From Cirrosporium novae-zelandiae (Eukaryota), in the NCBI GenBank assembly GCA_026023565.1, contig JAPETS010000027.1, positions 372,001 to 436,000 on the forward strand: 64,000 bases of DNA, given 5' to 3'. Under the pieces are notes generated by a model. That model made no database searches and was not told the DNA's origin. It saw only the letters and a list, made by a program, of their open reading frames with translations. The position numbers and the translations under genes were made by a program. Of this stretch, positions 12,634 through 25,249 are shown piece by piece (position 1 is the first letter of the stretch; each line of letters begins with the position of its first letter).

Positions 12634-13612
12634 ATGTCCGACGGTGCAGTTGTTCATGGACGCTTCACCCATAACAATACCACCCCCCCTACCTCCTCGC
12701 GTGTTCTCCCTCTATTTTCTCTCAAAGGTAAAACTGCCATTGTCACTGGCGCGGCCGCTGGAATTGGCCTGGCTGTTTCCCAAGCACTCGCTGAAGCCGG
12801 TGCCAATGTCGCTATCTGGTACAACACCAACAATAAAGGTGAGCAAAAGGCTGCCGATATCGAAAAGGAGTATGGCGTAAAGTGTAAGTTTCACCTGCAT
12901 ATTCTACCTCGATTTCCATGGGACCCTCCCGAAAGCATAACCATCCAAACCTTGCTAACTACCTCATTCACAATATACAGGCAAAGCCTATCATGTAAAC
13001 ATCCAAGAATTTGCCACTGTCGAGGCGGCCGTCTTAACTGTGGTCAAAGAATTCAACGGCCGTCTTGACGTCTTCATTGCCAACTCTGGTATCCCTTGGC
13101 AGCAAGGCTCAATGCTCGAAGGTTCTCTCGACCACTACAAATCCGTCGTCACCACTGACCTTGACGGCACATTCTACTGCGCCCGCGCCGCTGGTACACA
13201 CTTCAGGCGTCAAAAGCTTGAAGGAACCACTATCGACGGGAAACCCCTCGAGAATTTTACATATGGCTCTTTTGTTGCGACTGCTAGCATGTCTGGACAC
13301 ATTGTCAACATCCCCCAGCTGCAGGCTGCATACAACGCCGCCAAAGCGGGCGTAGTTCACCTCTGCAAGTCTCTCGCTGTCGAATGGGTCAAATTTGCAC
13401 GCGCAAACAGCGTATCTCCTGGTTACATGGCAACCGAGATTTCAGATTTTGTACCACAAGAGACGAAGAATATGTGGAAGGAGAAAATTCCAATGGGTCG
13501 GGAGGGAGAGGCCCCGGAGTTAAAGGGTGCTTACTTGTACCTTGCAAGTGACGCCAGCAGCTATACTACAGGTGCGGATATTATTGTCGATGGGGGATAC
13601 TGCCTTCCTTAA
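12634..13612 (+). CDS. Short-chain dehydrogenase/reductase (sorbose reductase / L-xylulose reductase / mannitol dehydrogenase-like)
   Basis: TGAAAGIG Rossmann motif, ASMSGHIVNIPQLQAAYNAAK (YxxxK), NSVSPGY, IPMGREG..ELKGAYLYLASDASSYTTG. One intron at about 12883-12980. Confidence 0.93.
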
Positions 13613-16600
13613 GTGGAGACTCGAGATATGAAGATGGTGTGTTTAGAATTAGAAATACTTCACCATGGCATGTTAAGGAGGCTGGGGCCTTCTTCAACGG
13701 AATATCGAGCAAACGTCTCGTGAAGGGTGGATAAAACGGCATACCTATGGATCTGGATAGGCATTGAGATAGATGGACGGCTTGACATGATAGACGATAG
13801 ACGATAGACGACAGCATAGAGCAAGACTAGATTAGACTAGACCTTTGCTACCATAAATAATGTAGCTATCTTTTTTCTTAACCAACTTGGCATATTTCTA
13901 GAAGTATAGGAACAATTGTTTCCCAAAGGCTCAATTCTTTTACCTAATCTCTGTATTTTAGATTTGAGATTATATACACAATGTAGAAATCTCGACGACA
14001 AAAAAAAATACTTCAATACTTCTAACTATCTCTAACGCGTTAAATCTTACACCCACAAATCAGGGGTTTATCTCAAACCATCAATCTCATCGGCCCGAAC
14101 TTTCGAAATCTCCGATCTCGAGCTAAGTAGAGCTAGCACGGTTGAACGCCGTACTGTACTGTATTATACATCCTTTGTAAAAACGAAAGTAAAACCTACA
14201 ATTCTGAGTTGACTACCTGTATATACAAAGGAAAAGAATTGAACAATATGAGGGCGCTATCATGTATCATAGCTATATGGCAGGTGATCATTCCGAATTC
14301 GGGTACATGGTACACAGTACATACCTAGGTACCCAAGAATAAAAATCGTTGCTTGATTGCTTGTGTTTTTTTTGGATAGGTTGTTGGATGTGTTAATTGA
14401 ACAATCATACATAAAAGAGTGGGGATCTCAAAAGGGAACAGACATATTGTCATACATGAAATATTTTGGGAGGTGTACGCTTCCAGTGATCAAGCCCTCA
14501 AATTGTTGGGGCAGTTGAATGAGCAGCTGAAGGATGGGACATATGAAATGGCATTTGGGGCTATAGGTAAGAATGCCTAATACACAAAGACCTTAGAGGA
14601 GGCTGAGGACAAACTTGCTGCGACCTGATTGGCTTGCTTTTGAACACTCAGACCCTCTGAAGCCTAGCCGCCTTGACCTTTAAATATTAGATTAAGTTTG
14701 GAATTATTCAACGAGAGACCACCATGGCTCAGTGGTAAACCGTTCAGTACTCCCGGCGCATTTCAGAGTCAGGACAAAGGAGTACTGCGACCGACGACGC
14801 CTCGAGTTCGAATCCGACTATCGACTATCGACAAAAAGACCGATGGGGGAATAAATGGTAGGGGGTCGAAGAACACCCTCTCAGGATGAGCAGACCTGAG
14901 GTGGGAGTTTTCATAAGATATCACAATTAACTCAGACACTGGGATGGGGGTATCTGAACTTTTTGATGTTTTTTACTTCTGTTTTTTTTTCTATCTCATT
15001 TGTAGGAGAGTTGAATATGATTTGAATCTTACGGGATGTGCGACAATATTCTATTTAAAAGAAAACGCTGTCTGACTTGTCAGGTCAGCATTCGACTTTT
15101 GCATCTACTCTGCATGCGCACCTAAGCTATCATCATCTCTTGCGTTTTGTATACAAATCTATCTGTTTGCTACTGCTATCCTATCTACTGTATCACTACA
15201 TAGTCAACCTCAGCCATCAGGCAGTTATCTTTGCCCCACTACCTGAATTAGCTGTTGCCCTTACACTGACCATTAATATAAAGGATTTATAAAAAAATAA
15301 CTTCTAACCTGGCAGAGATTTATTTCAGAAAAGAAATGGTGAGATAACCTACAGTAAGGAGAGTACCTATGTAGATAGGTAGGCTAGTTGCTTAGGGTTG
15401 CAAGTACAGTACAGTTCAACCTTCCCAACTACCTCAGTCACCTCCAAGTAATTGCCCAAATACTTGGAGGAGAGGTTTTTAATTTGTTGATGCTTTAAGC
15501 AGATATTTCCAAAGATCTTACCTAACTAATTGAGGATAAATAGCTGGTTTGGTGCAAGGGCGGCTAATTATCGATTTTTAAAATAGTAAAATTATCTTAT
15601 CATCTTATCTTATCTATCAGACACCCCTCCTTTTCACCAATGTCGTGAAAGAGGACATTCACGATATGTCATCTCCTGCTAATTCCAAGGATTTTCTTGA
15701 AACAAGCTTTAAATAACATACCTAATTAGGTCCTTGTATTAACACCCTATCTAGCAGAAGTTCATGGGCCATGGGCCTCGCTACTCTCTATACGAATACG
15801 TGAACTAAAGCCTATGCCAAGAAACCACTAACCGGAATAGAAGCTCCTAGCCTCCAGACAGAAGGATAACTTACCCTAATCTATACAATTCACTTCTGCT
15901 ATATTACCGTACTTAGTAACCTCTGTGACCTGTCAAACAGCCCGCTCCGTGCCTCTAATAAGCTCACTTGGATCTCGTCGGTCGATAGAATGTGGAGTGC
16001 TGATCTATGCGATCTATCTCGGCTGCAAGGAAGTCCAACGCCTTATGCAGGAACCGATGGCTCGACCGCGGCGGCTCTTTGGGGCCTGAAGGTCGAAGTA
16101 AGCTTATCTAGACGGATGTGAAGAAAGCATGGGTATTAGCAATCGTCTAAGATACGAACTGGATGTAAGCTTCATGAACCCCCTCTGCTAACGATCGCCT
16201 GGCTAGTTGCCCCCCATAATATATACAGGGTGCATACTATATTCTTTTGAGATCCCTTATCTTGCTATTAGTAAGTAAGCCATGCTATTGCTGTTGCCTT
16301 TGCTTTTTCTCAGGTACTCACCTAGTCATAAACTTCAGCTGGCTCGCTGGGATAATTCTTGACCTCTCTCCACTCACTTCACTGCACTCACAGCTTTTTA
16401 TCGCGATTTCGCGTTCTTTTGCCTTCTCTCAAACCATACTCGATGCTCCATCATATCCTATCATTCGTATTTCATCAAGGTTTAAACGGCAACGATACTT
16501 AGATAGGGAGTCCTGAACGGCCTCGGAGCTCCTGGGGTGTAGATCCAAAAGCTGGATCCTTGGCACAGTGACCACAACTGCACATCAGTTACGTCTGGTT

Positions 16601-16914
16601 GATTGATGGATATGTTCATGGTGGAGGTTGGTAACCTAAGGAATCGCCCCCCCTATTGACTCTCGCTGGTGCATCTCTTCTATGGAAACTCGTTCTTGGT
16701 GGCCCTTGGTTTTCCCCTCTCCTCAATTTCATTATCCAATCTCAGCCCCCGAAAAGAATCTGCTTTCATCTGTATCTCTCCGAGTCCCTACTTATTCACT
16801 GCTATCTGTAGTTGCTGCTGCTGTCTATCTGATCTGGTGAAATTATACATTTTCATCCATTGCTGCTTTACTCTCCATTCCCATTACCTCAAACAAAGTT
16901 CACTTGAAGGCTTT

Positions 16915-16980
16915 CTTCTTCTTCTTCTTCTTCTTCTTCTTCTTCTTCTTCTTCTTCTTCTTCTTCTTCTTCTTCTTCTT
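16915..16980. repeat. (CTT)22 perfect microsatellite
   Basis: Read directly. It generates the spurious poly-L/F/K ORFs in the track. Confidence 0.95.
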
Positions 16981-17843
16981 CCTATTCAAAGTAAGCATCT
17001 CCCGAGAATATATATGGGCTCTCGAGAACGACAAAAGAAATATATATATATGTTTGTCAAATGACGAAGAAGAAGAAGAAGCCAGCCAGCAAACAAAAAG
17101 AAAATCAAACATTTTAGTTGGAAATATGAAAAGAAACCCCTACATACAATTCACCTACCTACGCTTCCCTCGACGTTATAGTAAGAACATCAATAAGGAG
17201 GTTCATACACTATACAGAACTTCAAGTCGATGTATCCCGAAACCAGCAAAAAGAAAACGCCATTTTCAGTTAACACTTTTATTTATTCGTCTGCACTAGA
17301 CAAAACTAGGTACGAATGACGGCTTGAACAACATGCCCTATACGACATTAGAAAAATAATGGAATTGAGGACATCCCTGTGCCCTATGAAAGAGTATCCT
17401 ACCTATAGCGGTGAGTGAGTGAGTACCGCCGACCTCATCTAATACCACCTAAAAATATATTGATTTTTCTTTTAATCCCAACTTGCTCTCTTTTCTGGAT
17501 CAAAAAGAAGGGAAGGGGGCATGGTATGGTATGGTATAGCTGTGTAACTTCAAAAAAAGCAAGAGTTTAGAATCAATCTTTCGTTACGGTATTGAAATTC
17601 TATTGTCTATTAGAGGAGTGAGAAACTGATTAGACTGATTTTTTATTCTAGCTTAGGAAGTCAAATATTTATCTGGTGTGGGGCATGCAACTGGAGGGAC
17701 TAAGGTCTATCACCCTGCAATAGTACCCAACGAATACCTCTCTTGTTAGGCGTCATGACAGCTTTACTTGTAGAGTTTCCTACGTCGTTCCTAATGTCCA
17801 CATCTTCCCTCGCCAAAATCGAAAGCATTTTTGATCCCGCGAA

Positions 17844-19505
17844 TTACCATTCTTTTGAGACTGTATAGAACTTTTCCCAAAACGCGATCCGCGTTGAGTC
17901 GGCAATGCTATCAGCCCCCCATGAGTCGCCCAACCACATTGTCTTGGTGTCGTTGCCACTTGGTGGCCAGTAGGTAAGGTTACCACCGTTGGGATTACCA
18001 GTTTTGATAAAGTTGGCCCAGTATCCGGCCATTCTTTCTTCGATTGTATAGTCTTCAGTTGCCCAGGGTGTGTCTGGATCACTGTACGGAAGGTTGTTGA
18101 ATACGTAAAACAATTCCGATCCATGGTAAGCACCTGATGTCTGATTAGGTGGCGAATGTGGCCAGTAATACGTATAGACGTTGCTTTCAGCCCCACCGGC
18201 GGCCCAATCTAATGCCCATTTCCAAGTGCCTATGCGGCTCATATCACGGAACAACGCATTGCTAGAATCATCTGCCTGGCTATCATTGTTGGCTGGATAA
18301 AGTTTGAAAAACGCAGAAGAAAGGTTACCGAACATCTCTGTATACTGAGTCGTAAACGTTTCTACGGTAAGTCCAGGCGACGTGCTTGCGCCCGATTCGT
18401 CTTTATTATTACCCGTCAGGATTGGAACATCGGAATGCGCATTCAAACGGAGTGCATCTCCATATCCATGTGTTAATACATAGCCATCGACAACAGGGCG
18501 CCACTCAGGAGGTGCCATGAAAGCGCTGACGTTCTCATATGGAGTGCCCTCGAGAATCGTATCACTAACTGAATCATAATTGAGAAGCGTGTCTGTCGAT
18601 ACGTTGCGTAATTCTGCAATTGTCGAAATATTCATTTCCGATAGAAGGCTAACGCCGTATGCCTCTGCTGCGGCCTTTTCACGGTAACTTGTTGCGACAC
18701 AAGCAGTCTGCGGGTCGTGCGGCCCACGCGCTCCACTCTCCGAAATAACACCTGAAACTAGGCCTGTCGCGAGCGGACTATACATCATGTCGAGAGCGCC
18801 CGCAGAACCTGCTGATTGACCACCCACTGTGATCTGGTCTGGGTTGCCGCCAAAAGAGGAGATCTCGGATTGGACCCATTGGATGGCAGCAATCATATCT
18901 AGAACACCATAATTTCCAGAACTATTATGCGCGGATTCAGCAGAAAGGTCAGGGTGAGCAAGAAAACCGAATGGACCGAGGCGATAGTTGAAAGTGACAA
19001 CGATGATATCCTTAGTAGCAAGGCCCGAGCCGTCGTAAGTAACGACATCGCCTGAACCTCCCGTGAAGCGCCCGCCATATATCCAGACATAGACTGGTAA
19101 TTTCGCAGTCTCACTGGCATTCTTGGGTCTCCAAATGTTTAAGAAAAGACAATCCTCGCCTGTATCGTAAGAGCCGGATGAAAAGATGCCAGCGCTCGAG
19201 TAGCTTTGTGCGCACTCAGTTTTGAAGGCAGTCGCATTGTAAACTCCAGACCACGCCTCGGGTTCAGCAGGGGGCTTCCATCGTAAAGAACCGGTCGGGG
19301 AAGCAGCATATGGTATGCCCTTGAACACAGAGACATCGTCGCGGTATTCAGAAGTGGTGCCGAGAACCATGCCATAGGTGGTATTTACAGTAGGAGAGTC
19401 CGAAGTGGAGCGGGTGTTCAAGCGGGAGTGCAGGCGGGAGTGCGATGCTGCTGCCCCAAGAGCAGGGCCAGCAATGAGGCCGGCGAGCAGAGGGAGTAGA
19501 ATCAT
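17844..19505 (-). CDS. Secreted type-B carboxylesterase/lipase (alpha/beta hydrolase)
   Basis: Signal peptide; FKGIPYA, EDCLFLNIW, WIYGGRF, NYRLG, GGQSAG nucleophile elbow, NKDE acid, AYHGSEL His. Intronless, 553 aa. Confidence 0.95.
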   Translation of the reverse strand: MILLPLLAGLIAGPALGAAASHSRLHSRLNTRSTSDSPTVNTTYGMVLGTTSEYRDDVSVFKGIPYAASPTGSLRWKPPAEPEAWSGVYNATAFKTECAQSYSSAGIFSSGSYDTGEDCLFLNIWRPKNASETAKLPVYVWIYGGRFTGGSGDVVTYDGSGLATKDIIVVTFNYRLGPFGFLAHPDLSAESAHNSSGNYGVLDMIAAIQWVQSEISSFGGNPDQITVGGQSAGSAGALDMMYSPLATGLVSGVISESGARGPHDPQTACVATSYREKAAAEAYGVSLLSEMNISTIAELRNVSTDTLLNYDSVSDTILEGTPYENVSAFMAPPEWRPVVDGYVLTHGYGDALRLNAHSDVPILTGNNKDESGASTSPGLTVETFTTQYTEMFGNLSSAFFKLYPANNDSQADDSSNALFRDMSRIGTWKWALDWAAGGAESNVYTYYWPHSPPNQTSGAYHGSELFYVFNNLPYSDPDTPWATEDYTIEERMAGYWANFIKTGNPNGGNLTYWPPSGNDTKTMWLGDSWGADSIADSTRIAFWEKFYTVSKEW

Positions 19506-21049
19506 GATATTGATTTTCTTGAATTTGCGGAATATGCCAGGCAGAGGGATTCTGCGGCTTATGGATCGCCCATTCAGAGAACTTTCAGAGAATATATACT
19601 TGGATTGAAAGATGAAAAAAATAACAGATTGGCGGTCAATCGAAGTTCCATCGAGTTGGATAATTCATTCCTGAGTTACGTCGCTGTTTGTCCGAATCCC
19701 TGAATTCCATATATGGTGACATGGTCGTAGAGTCGCAGACACAAGCCTTGTGAACTTTGTGACATACGCAATCGCATTGTTTCATTGACATGGAGGCATC
19801 GGCGTTTATTCGACCCTTTCGGAAGCTGGAATAGAAGAATCGGCTTTTATTTTGACCCTTCTGGCAACTGCGGTATACTCTTGACACATGGTTATTTCCT
19901 CATACCGGGACTCAATGTCGTTCAGGCATGGACTTCTTTCCCCCAGTCATTAAACTCTATCTAGGGAAAGGATACCTTGCGTAGGGAATGCCGCTAATAG
20001 TCGTTGAGCTAGCGTGGATGATGTGTATAATATGTCCGACGCTAACTCGGGGCTACTACTCGAGTATGATTATTTAAGATAGTAGCATTATCATACTAGC
20101 TAAGCTTTCTTTCTACCTCCCTTGAAAGATCCAAGGCAGATTCTATCGTCCTTCCTCTTTCGGGCCTTGATGATTTTTGTGAATGATCGTACTCGGAATT
20201 TTGTTTCAATAAACCCTTGCATTGTACCTCGTATTCGGGTTGGCTGATATCTTTGCAATATTGCTCTTCTTCAATATCTGGTGATCCCGCCTGACGATTG
20301 GTCATAGATGGATTATCCTGACGAAAAAAAAAGAGGATCTGATTAGATTGCTCATCTTTCGGTTGCAGTTTTGAAACCGTTCTAAATATTTAAAAACTCC
20401 ATAATTAAATCTTTAGTTAAGGCTTGTTTGAGGTTAAGCTCGACATGTTATCCATTAGGCCGATCGACATTCAATTCGCTTTATGTGCCCTATAACGCGT
20501 ATACCCTCATTATTCAGTATTAAAGGTGGGTAACCGTAAGTTATACTCCCCAGTACGTACGTACTGTAACTGAGCCTCAATCATGAAAATAACTCTCTTG
20601 GACATTAACCACTATGCGTTCAATAATGCTTAGAGTGAAATCATTCTACCAAGTAGAATAACTCCAAGGTACGATAGAGGCACTACTCCATACGGAATTT
20701 AACTATTTCAGGTAACCGTTGGGCGGTATTTAGGATAGTGGCTATCTAATATTGTTTCGACAATATTGGGAACTTCGATTCACGTTTATAATTACTTCGC
20801 CTACCAGATAGACATCATAAATATGTAGACATACACTTGTAATTTTAAGCCTGGCCTAGTTAGTAGTAATAGGGCATATTTTACCTGTAAAATACATACG
20901 CTGCCGTAACCTAACGGTCGTAGTATATTACGTACCTTAGGTGGAACTGCCAGCATTCGATCTTATATCATATCTAGTATTTACAACTCGGAGTCATCTC
21001 TGCTGTTGGTCGCGATGGTTCAGGCTCATCCTCACACAAGAATCACGGT

Positions 21050-22100
21050 CACCTCGGCACTGTAATCTGACTGCTTTTGAGTCAAGGAGTCTAAATATAA
21101 TGGTATATCGTATACCTAGGGAAGGTGGCAACTCAAGACAATATCCACACAGGTGAAGGCAGTTAGAACAAGTGGCGTTGGTTGACTGGGATATTCCTCG
21201 GATACATCCTGACCATTTTGAGGCAGTGCATTTTGCAGATCCTATTCATGCTACGTGGAAGGTCGATCTAGGTTAATTCAACTTGAAAGGAGTTGAATGT
21301 CCATGGCTTGATGTTGCATGTATTGATCAGAGACAGGGGTTCTTTGGAAATGGGGAGACAAGCTACAATTTTTGAGTATGCTGCCAATGGCCCAATGCTT
21401 TTATCTGGTTGACCACTCAACAGAGTATCTTTGTCTAATTGCTTTAATAGGCTCAAGGACCATGGTGTGCGCTACGTCGACAGATCATGATTACTCCATC
21501 CGATCATGCAAAGAGCTGGCTGGAAGCTTACCTTCAGATCATCAACGACATAACAAATGACCCCTGATTCTCATCACCGTGGACACCACAACAGATGTTT
21601 CTCGGCCCCGATGCAATGATATTTCCCTCCATGTCTCACAACTTGGGTTCAATTTCCCTAAATCCTCAGAACAAGGCATCCGTTTCCCCAAATTCTCATA
21701 CCTTATTATTGACTACTTCTCCTGGATCAAAAAAACACCATAACTAAAAATGATAATTTACGAACGCTTGATTGGCAGTGACAAGTAATCAAAGAAATAG
21801 ATGAGACTGGTATTCTCACTAGTTGTGGTAGCTTCGGTACAGCTCTTCCCACAGCATCCCACGGCCGTAAAACAACCTGCGAAGAAGATCGCGTTTATTG
21901 TATCATGCAGGTATTTGGGGTTCAGCTCGGAAAGTCCTCACCTAGTGCAGACCCCGACCATTGTTACTCCTTGGAAGAGCTATCTAAATATCTTGGGGCT
22001 GCTTTACTGCAAAAAGATCCTATAGTGAGCTAACTGCATGTTAATACGGTTCCCGCTACCTTTGTGAAAGCGTGGCTAATTTGCCTATCCTCTGCTGTCA
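21050..22100 (+). pseudogene. Decayed HET-domain (heterokaryon incompatibility family) gene
   Basis: Motifs occur in order across frames: KYNGISYT*GRW (TAG 21117), DWDIPRIHPDHF, PWLDVACIDQ, EMGRQATIF, DP*FSSPWTPQQMFL (TGA 21565), DRVYCIMQVFG..LG, PIVS*LHV (TAA 22031). There are also frameshifts, e.g. a GTTG duplication at about 21177-21184. Confidence 0.82.
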
Positions 22101-22939
22101 ATAATACACTGAGGACTTAGATAGAAAATCCTACGAGACCTCCACCAAGCCCTGCTCTGAACTATCAACTTTGCATTTTCAAAACATTTTATGAGGCTTA
22201 TTCACCAGACCGATAATCGATATCAAAATACTTGGAAGGGGGAATGCGAGTCGATGAAATTAAAGATTTCGAGGTTCTTGAGAACATGATAGATTCTATG
22301 TAGAGCTTTACTGTACCAGGGATTATTTCGCTTGAGACCACAATCATTCATGGAGGGGCGCCGGGGATATCAAAGTTAGATAAGTCTAGACTATATCTTA
22401 TCTCAACCGGACATACGGGTCTCATAATTCTTTTTTTTTTTTTTTTTTTTCACTATTAGTTTTCCTGGGGAGGGTTTTCAAACAAAAGTTACCTTTTAAC
22501 TTTTTATCTTTTAGGCTTTGAAAAGGCCGATGGCCTTCAAATTAAATTGTTATTGAAAACCCGAGGGTGAATCGCCTCTTTGAATACATATTCACATTCA
22601 AACATGCGACTCACCTTCGGCCTCCGAAAAATCATTATAGAACTGTTGTGTTATTGCCTTTCCTGTTAATTGTAATTACTATATTAGAATTAGGTTTGAG
22701 TATAGAACTTTTTTGCGGTGTATATAACTAGGACCTTTTCCTCTACAAATCTACATCCTTTTTCCAACACAAATAGTGAAGATCCGAGTTTGTGAGCGTG
22801 CCGGGTAAACGTCATCAAGTTTCCTACACATCCGAAAGCTTCAACAACGCACCTACCTCCTTTATACATTTCTCACCTTCATCTATATATTCATTTCTAA
22901 TCCAATCCAATATATCAGTTACACCGTCCCATATTCACA

Positions 22940-23970
22940 ATGTCTAAATCCCTTCGCATTGGTTTTGTCCCTGGTATTTCCCCGCACCCCCGTACATTTT
23001 TTTTTTCTGAGAAGAGCCCCTCTAATAATTGGAATTTCCACAATAGAACACTTTTCCACGCCCCTCCACTTTGCAAAGACCAAATTCTCTCTTCCCGGAA
23101 ATCTCATTCCTTTCCTTGCCGGCACGGGCCACATGATACAAGCTCTCAAGGACAATGAAATTGACATCAGTGTTGGGCTCACTGAAGGATTCGTTGCGGA
23201 TTTAGCCAAGAACGGTGCAAAAGAGTATAGCATTGTGGGCTCGTATGTAGAGACGCCCTTATGTTGGGCTATTAGTACAGGTAAGGACAGAGGTGATATC
23301 AGCGGAGTGGAGGTGTTGAAGGGGAAGAAAGTGGGTGTCAGCAGGATTTTGAGGTAGGTCAATTACACATATTCCTTCGCAGTTGGACGCATTCCAAAAG
23401 CAGAATCAATAGCAATATTTAACGGAGGCATTTAACAACAGTGGCTCCTACGTGATGGCCTTCGTCCTCGCCGACAAGCACGGCTGGCTAGACCCCACCA
23501 AACCCGCCAGTGAACCTCCCTTCGAAGTGATCCCCCTGGACACCTTCGCCCGCCTCCGTAAAGCTGTCAACAAAAAAACAGCCGACTTCTTCATGTGGGA
23601 GCACTTTACCTCCAAAAGATACTACGACAATGGCGAGATCAAGCGCATCGGAGAGATTTACACACCCTGGAGCTCCTGGAAGATCACGGCCAGAAACGAT
23701 GTACCTTCCCAGACACTCTCGGAGTTCTGCGAAAGCGTTAACAAGGGCATTTCCCATTTCAATGCTAATCAGCAAGAGGCCGTTGAGTACATCAGCACGG
23801 AGCTGGATTGCTCGTGTGAGGATGCTAGGGAATGGTTGAAGACGGTCCGATTTCCAGAGTCGGTTTTGCATGTAGAGAGTGGCGATCTGGATAAGACTAT
23901 TGACATACTGAAGAAGGCGGGCGTGCTTTCAGACACGGTGGAGGCTGAAACGCTTGTTCGAAAATCTTGA
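22940..23970 (+). CDS. Periplasmic-binding-protein type 2 fold protein (Ca3427-like, NMT1/THI5-related)
   Basis: Spliced protein reads MSKSLRIGFVPEHFSTPL..GTGHMI..GLTEG..GSYVETPLCWAISTG..GVSR..SGSYVM..ADFFMWEHFTSKRYYD..IYTPWSSW. Two introns. Confidence 0.88.
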
Positions 23971-25249
23971 AGAACTCTAGGGCAGGGCCGTCCTGTCTGC
24001 TTCCTTACTTTCTGATATAGCTTTCAAACCGGGCTTTCTATCCGGCTCCAGTATCATGAATCAGCACAAGCCCCAGGTCATGTATATATAATGTGGCCCA
24101 CCTCCCATTGAAACGAAAATTCAAATTTCAAGACATATGATCTTGATCTTATACCATGTTGGCGATTTGGGGATTTGGTGATGGTTTGGTTGAACCGTAT
24201 AAATAAGAACGGAAGGGGCTTTAACTAGAGCGTGCGAGCGGTATCGAGGGTGGGGTTAGGGTTTATATAAGAGGTGTAGGAAATGGGACCAGACAGACAG
24301 ACACTTGGACAACTAACTTACAACTTCATGTCTTTCTTTCATTCCTCTTTTATTTTTCAAAAGAGCATGTATATGATTAAAACCTAAAATAATCACTCAA
24401 AAAAAACTCAACCTGACCTACCATTCTATCTCTTATAGAAAACAGCTAATTAACAACCAAAACTCCTTTATCCACCAAGCTAGCTAGCTCATCTTCAAAA
24501 CACCATGACCCTTTTCCATCAACATCAACATCAACATCAACATCAATATCGATATCGATAATATCATAGGATGAGAAAGATGGAATATGCCAAAATGGTC
24601 AAAATAAACAATAACAACAACAACAAAGCCTTGGCATCTAGGAACAACAAACGTTTAATTACCACCGTCGATCAAATAAAAAAAGGCTTGGGCTGGCTGG
24701 CTGGCACCCCGGCATCCCGGCGCATAAAATCCCCGAGATTTTCATTAATTGCTTAAACCTTATTAGTGTTGTACTGTGCTCGGAAATGTCGGAGTTTCCG
24801 ACCGACCTATAGGCTATCGACGTTGGTAGGCGTGGTAGGTAGCTGACAGCTGGCTTTCTAGAAAGAAAAACTATCTAGGTACTGTTTTGTTCTTTTCTTT
24901 TTCTTTTTGAAAGCTCTTGGTTTTAAATTTTTTTTATTAAAAGAGAGGAAAGAGAGAGAGGTTGATTGATTGATTGATTGATTGGTATTATTGTCGTTGT
25001 GTGTATATGTATATATATATATATATACTAATCATCAGCCTTTTTCTTTTTTTTGACTTTTTGTTTTAGTTCCTTGATCTATACAGTACTAATAATCATC
25101 ACATTATCTATCAAATCCCTTTTTTGTCTCACCCAACCAACCACCCACGCCCCCAAAGGAGAAAGCTCCCTCCCGCTCCCTCCCGCTCCCGCCCCGCCCC
25201 CACTTTACCTCATCACCTCATCAAGCTCTCAAAAAGAAAAAAAGAAAAA

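Noticed and set aside
15400..16900. Possible decayed gene or transposon (TAG/TAA-rich, patches of protein-like text)
   Set aside because: No transposase, RT or other motif could be recognised; needs blastx.
16669..17299. Poly-Leu, poly-Phe and poly-Lys ORFs
   Set aside because: Artefacts of the (CTT)22 microsatellite.
19960..19995. GATACCTTGCGTAGGGAA resembling the 3' end of a TPP riboswitch; also checked the introns of the NMT1-like gene at 22940
   Set aside because: The CTGAGA and GAACCTGAT core elements are not present in the right arrangement at either place.
20748..20767. AATATTGT-TTCG-ACAATATT hairpin
   Set aside because: Only an 8-bp AT-rich stem with no ncRNA context; expected by chance.
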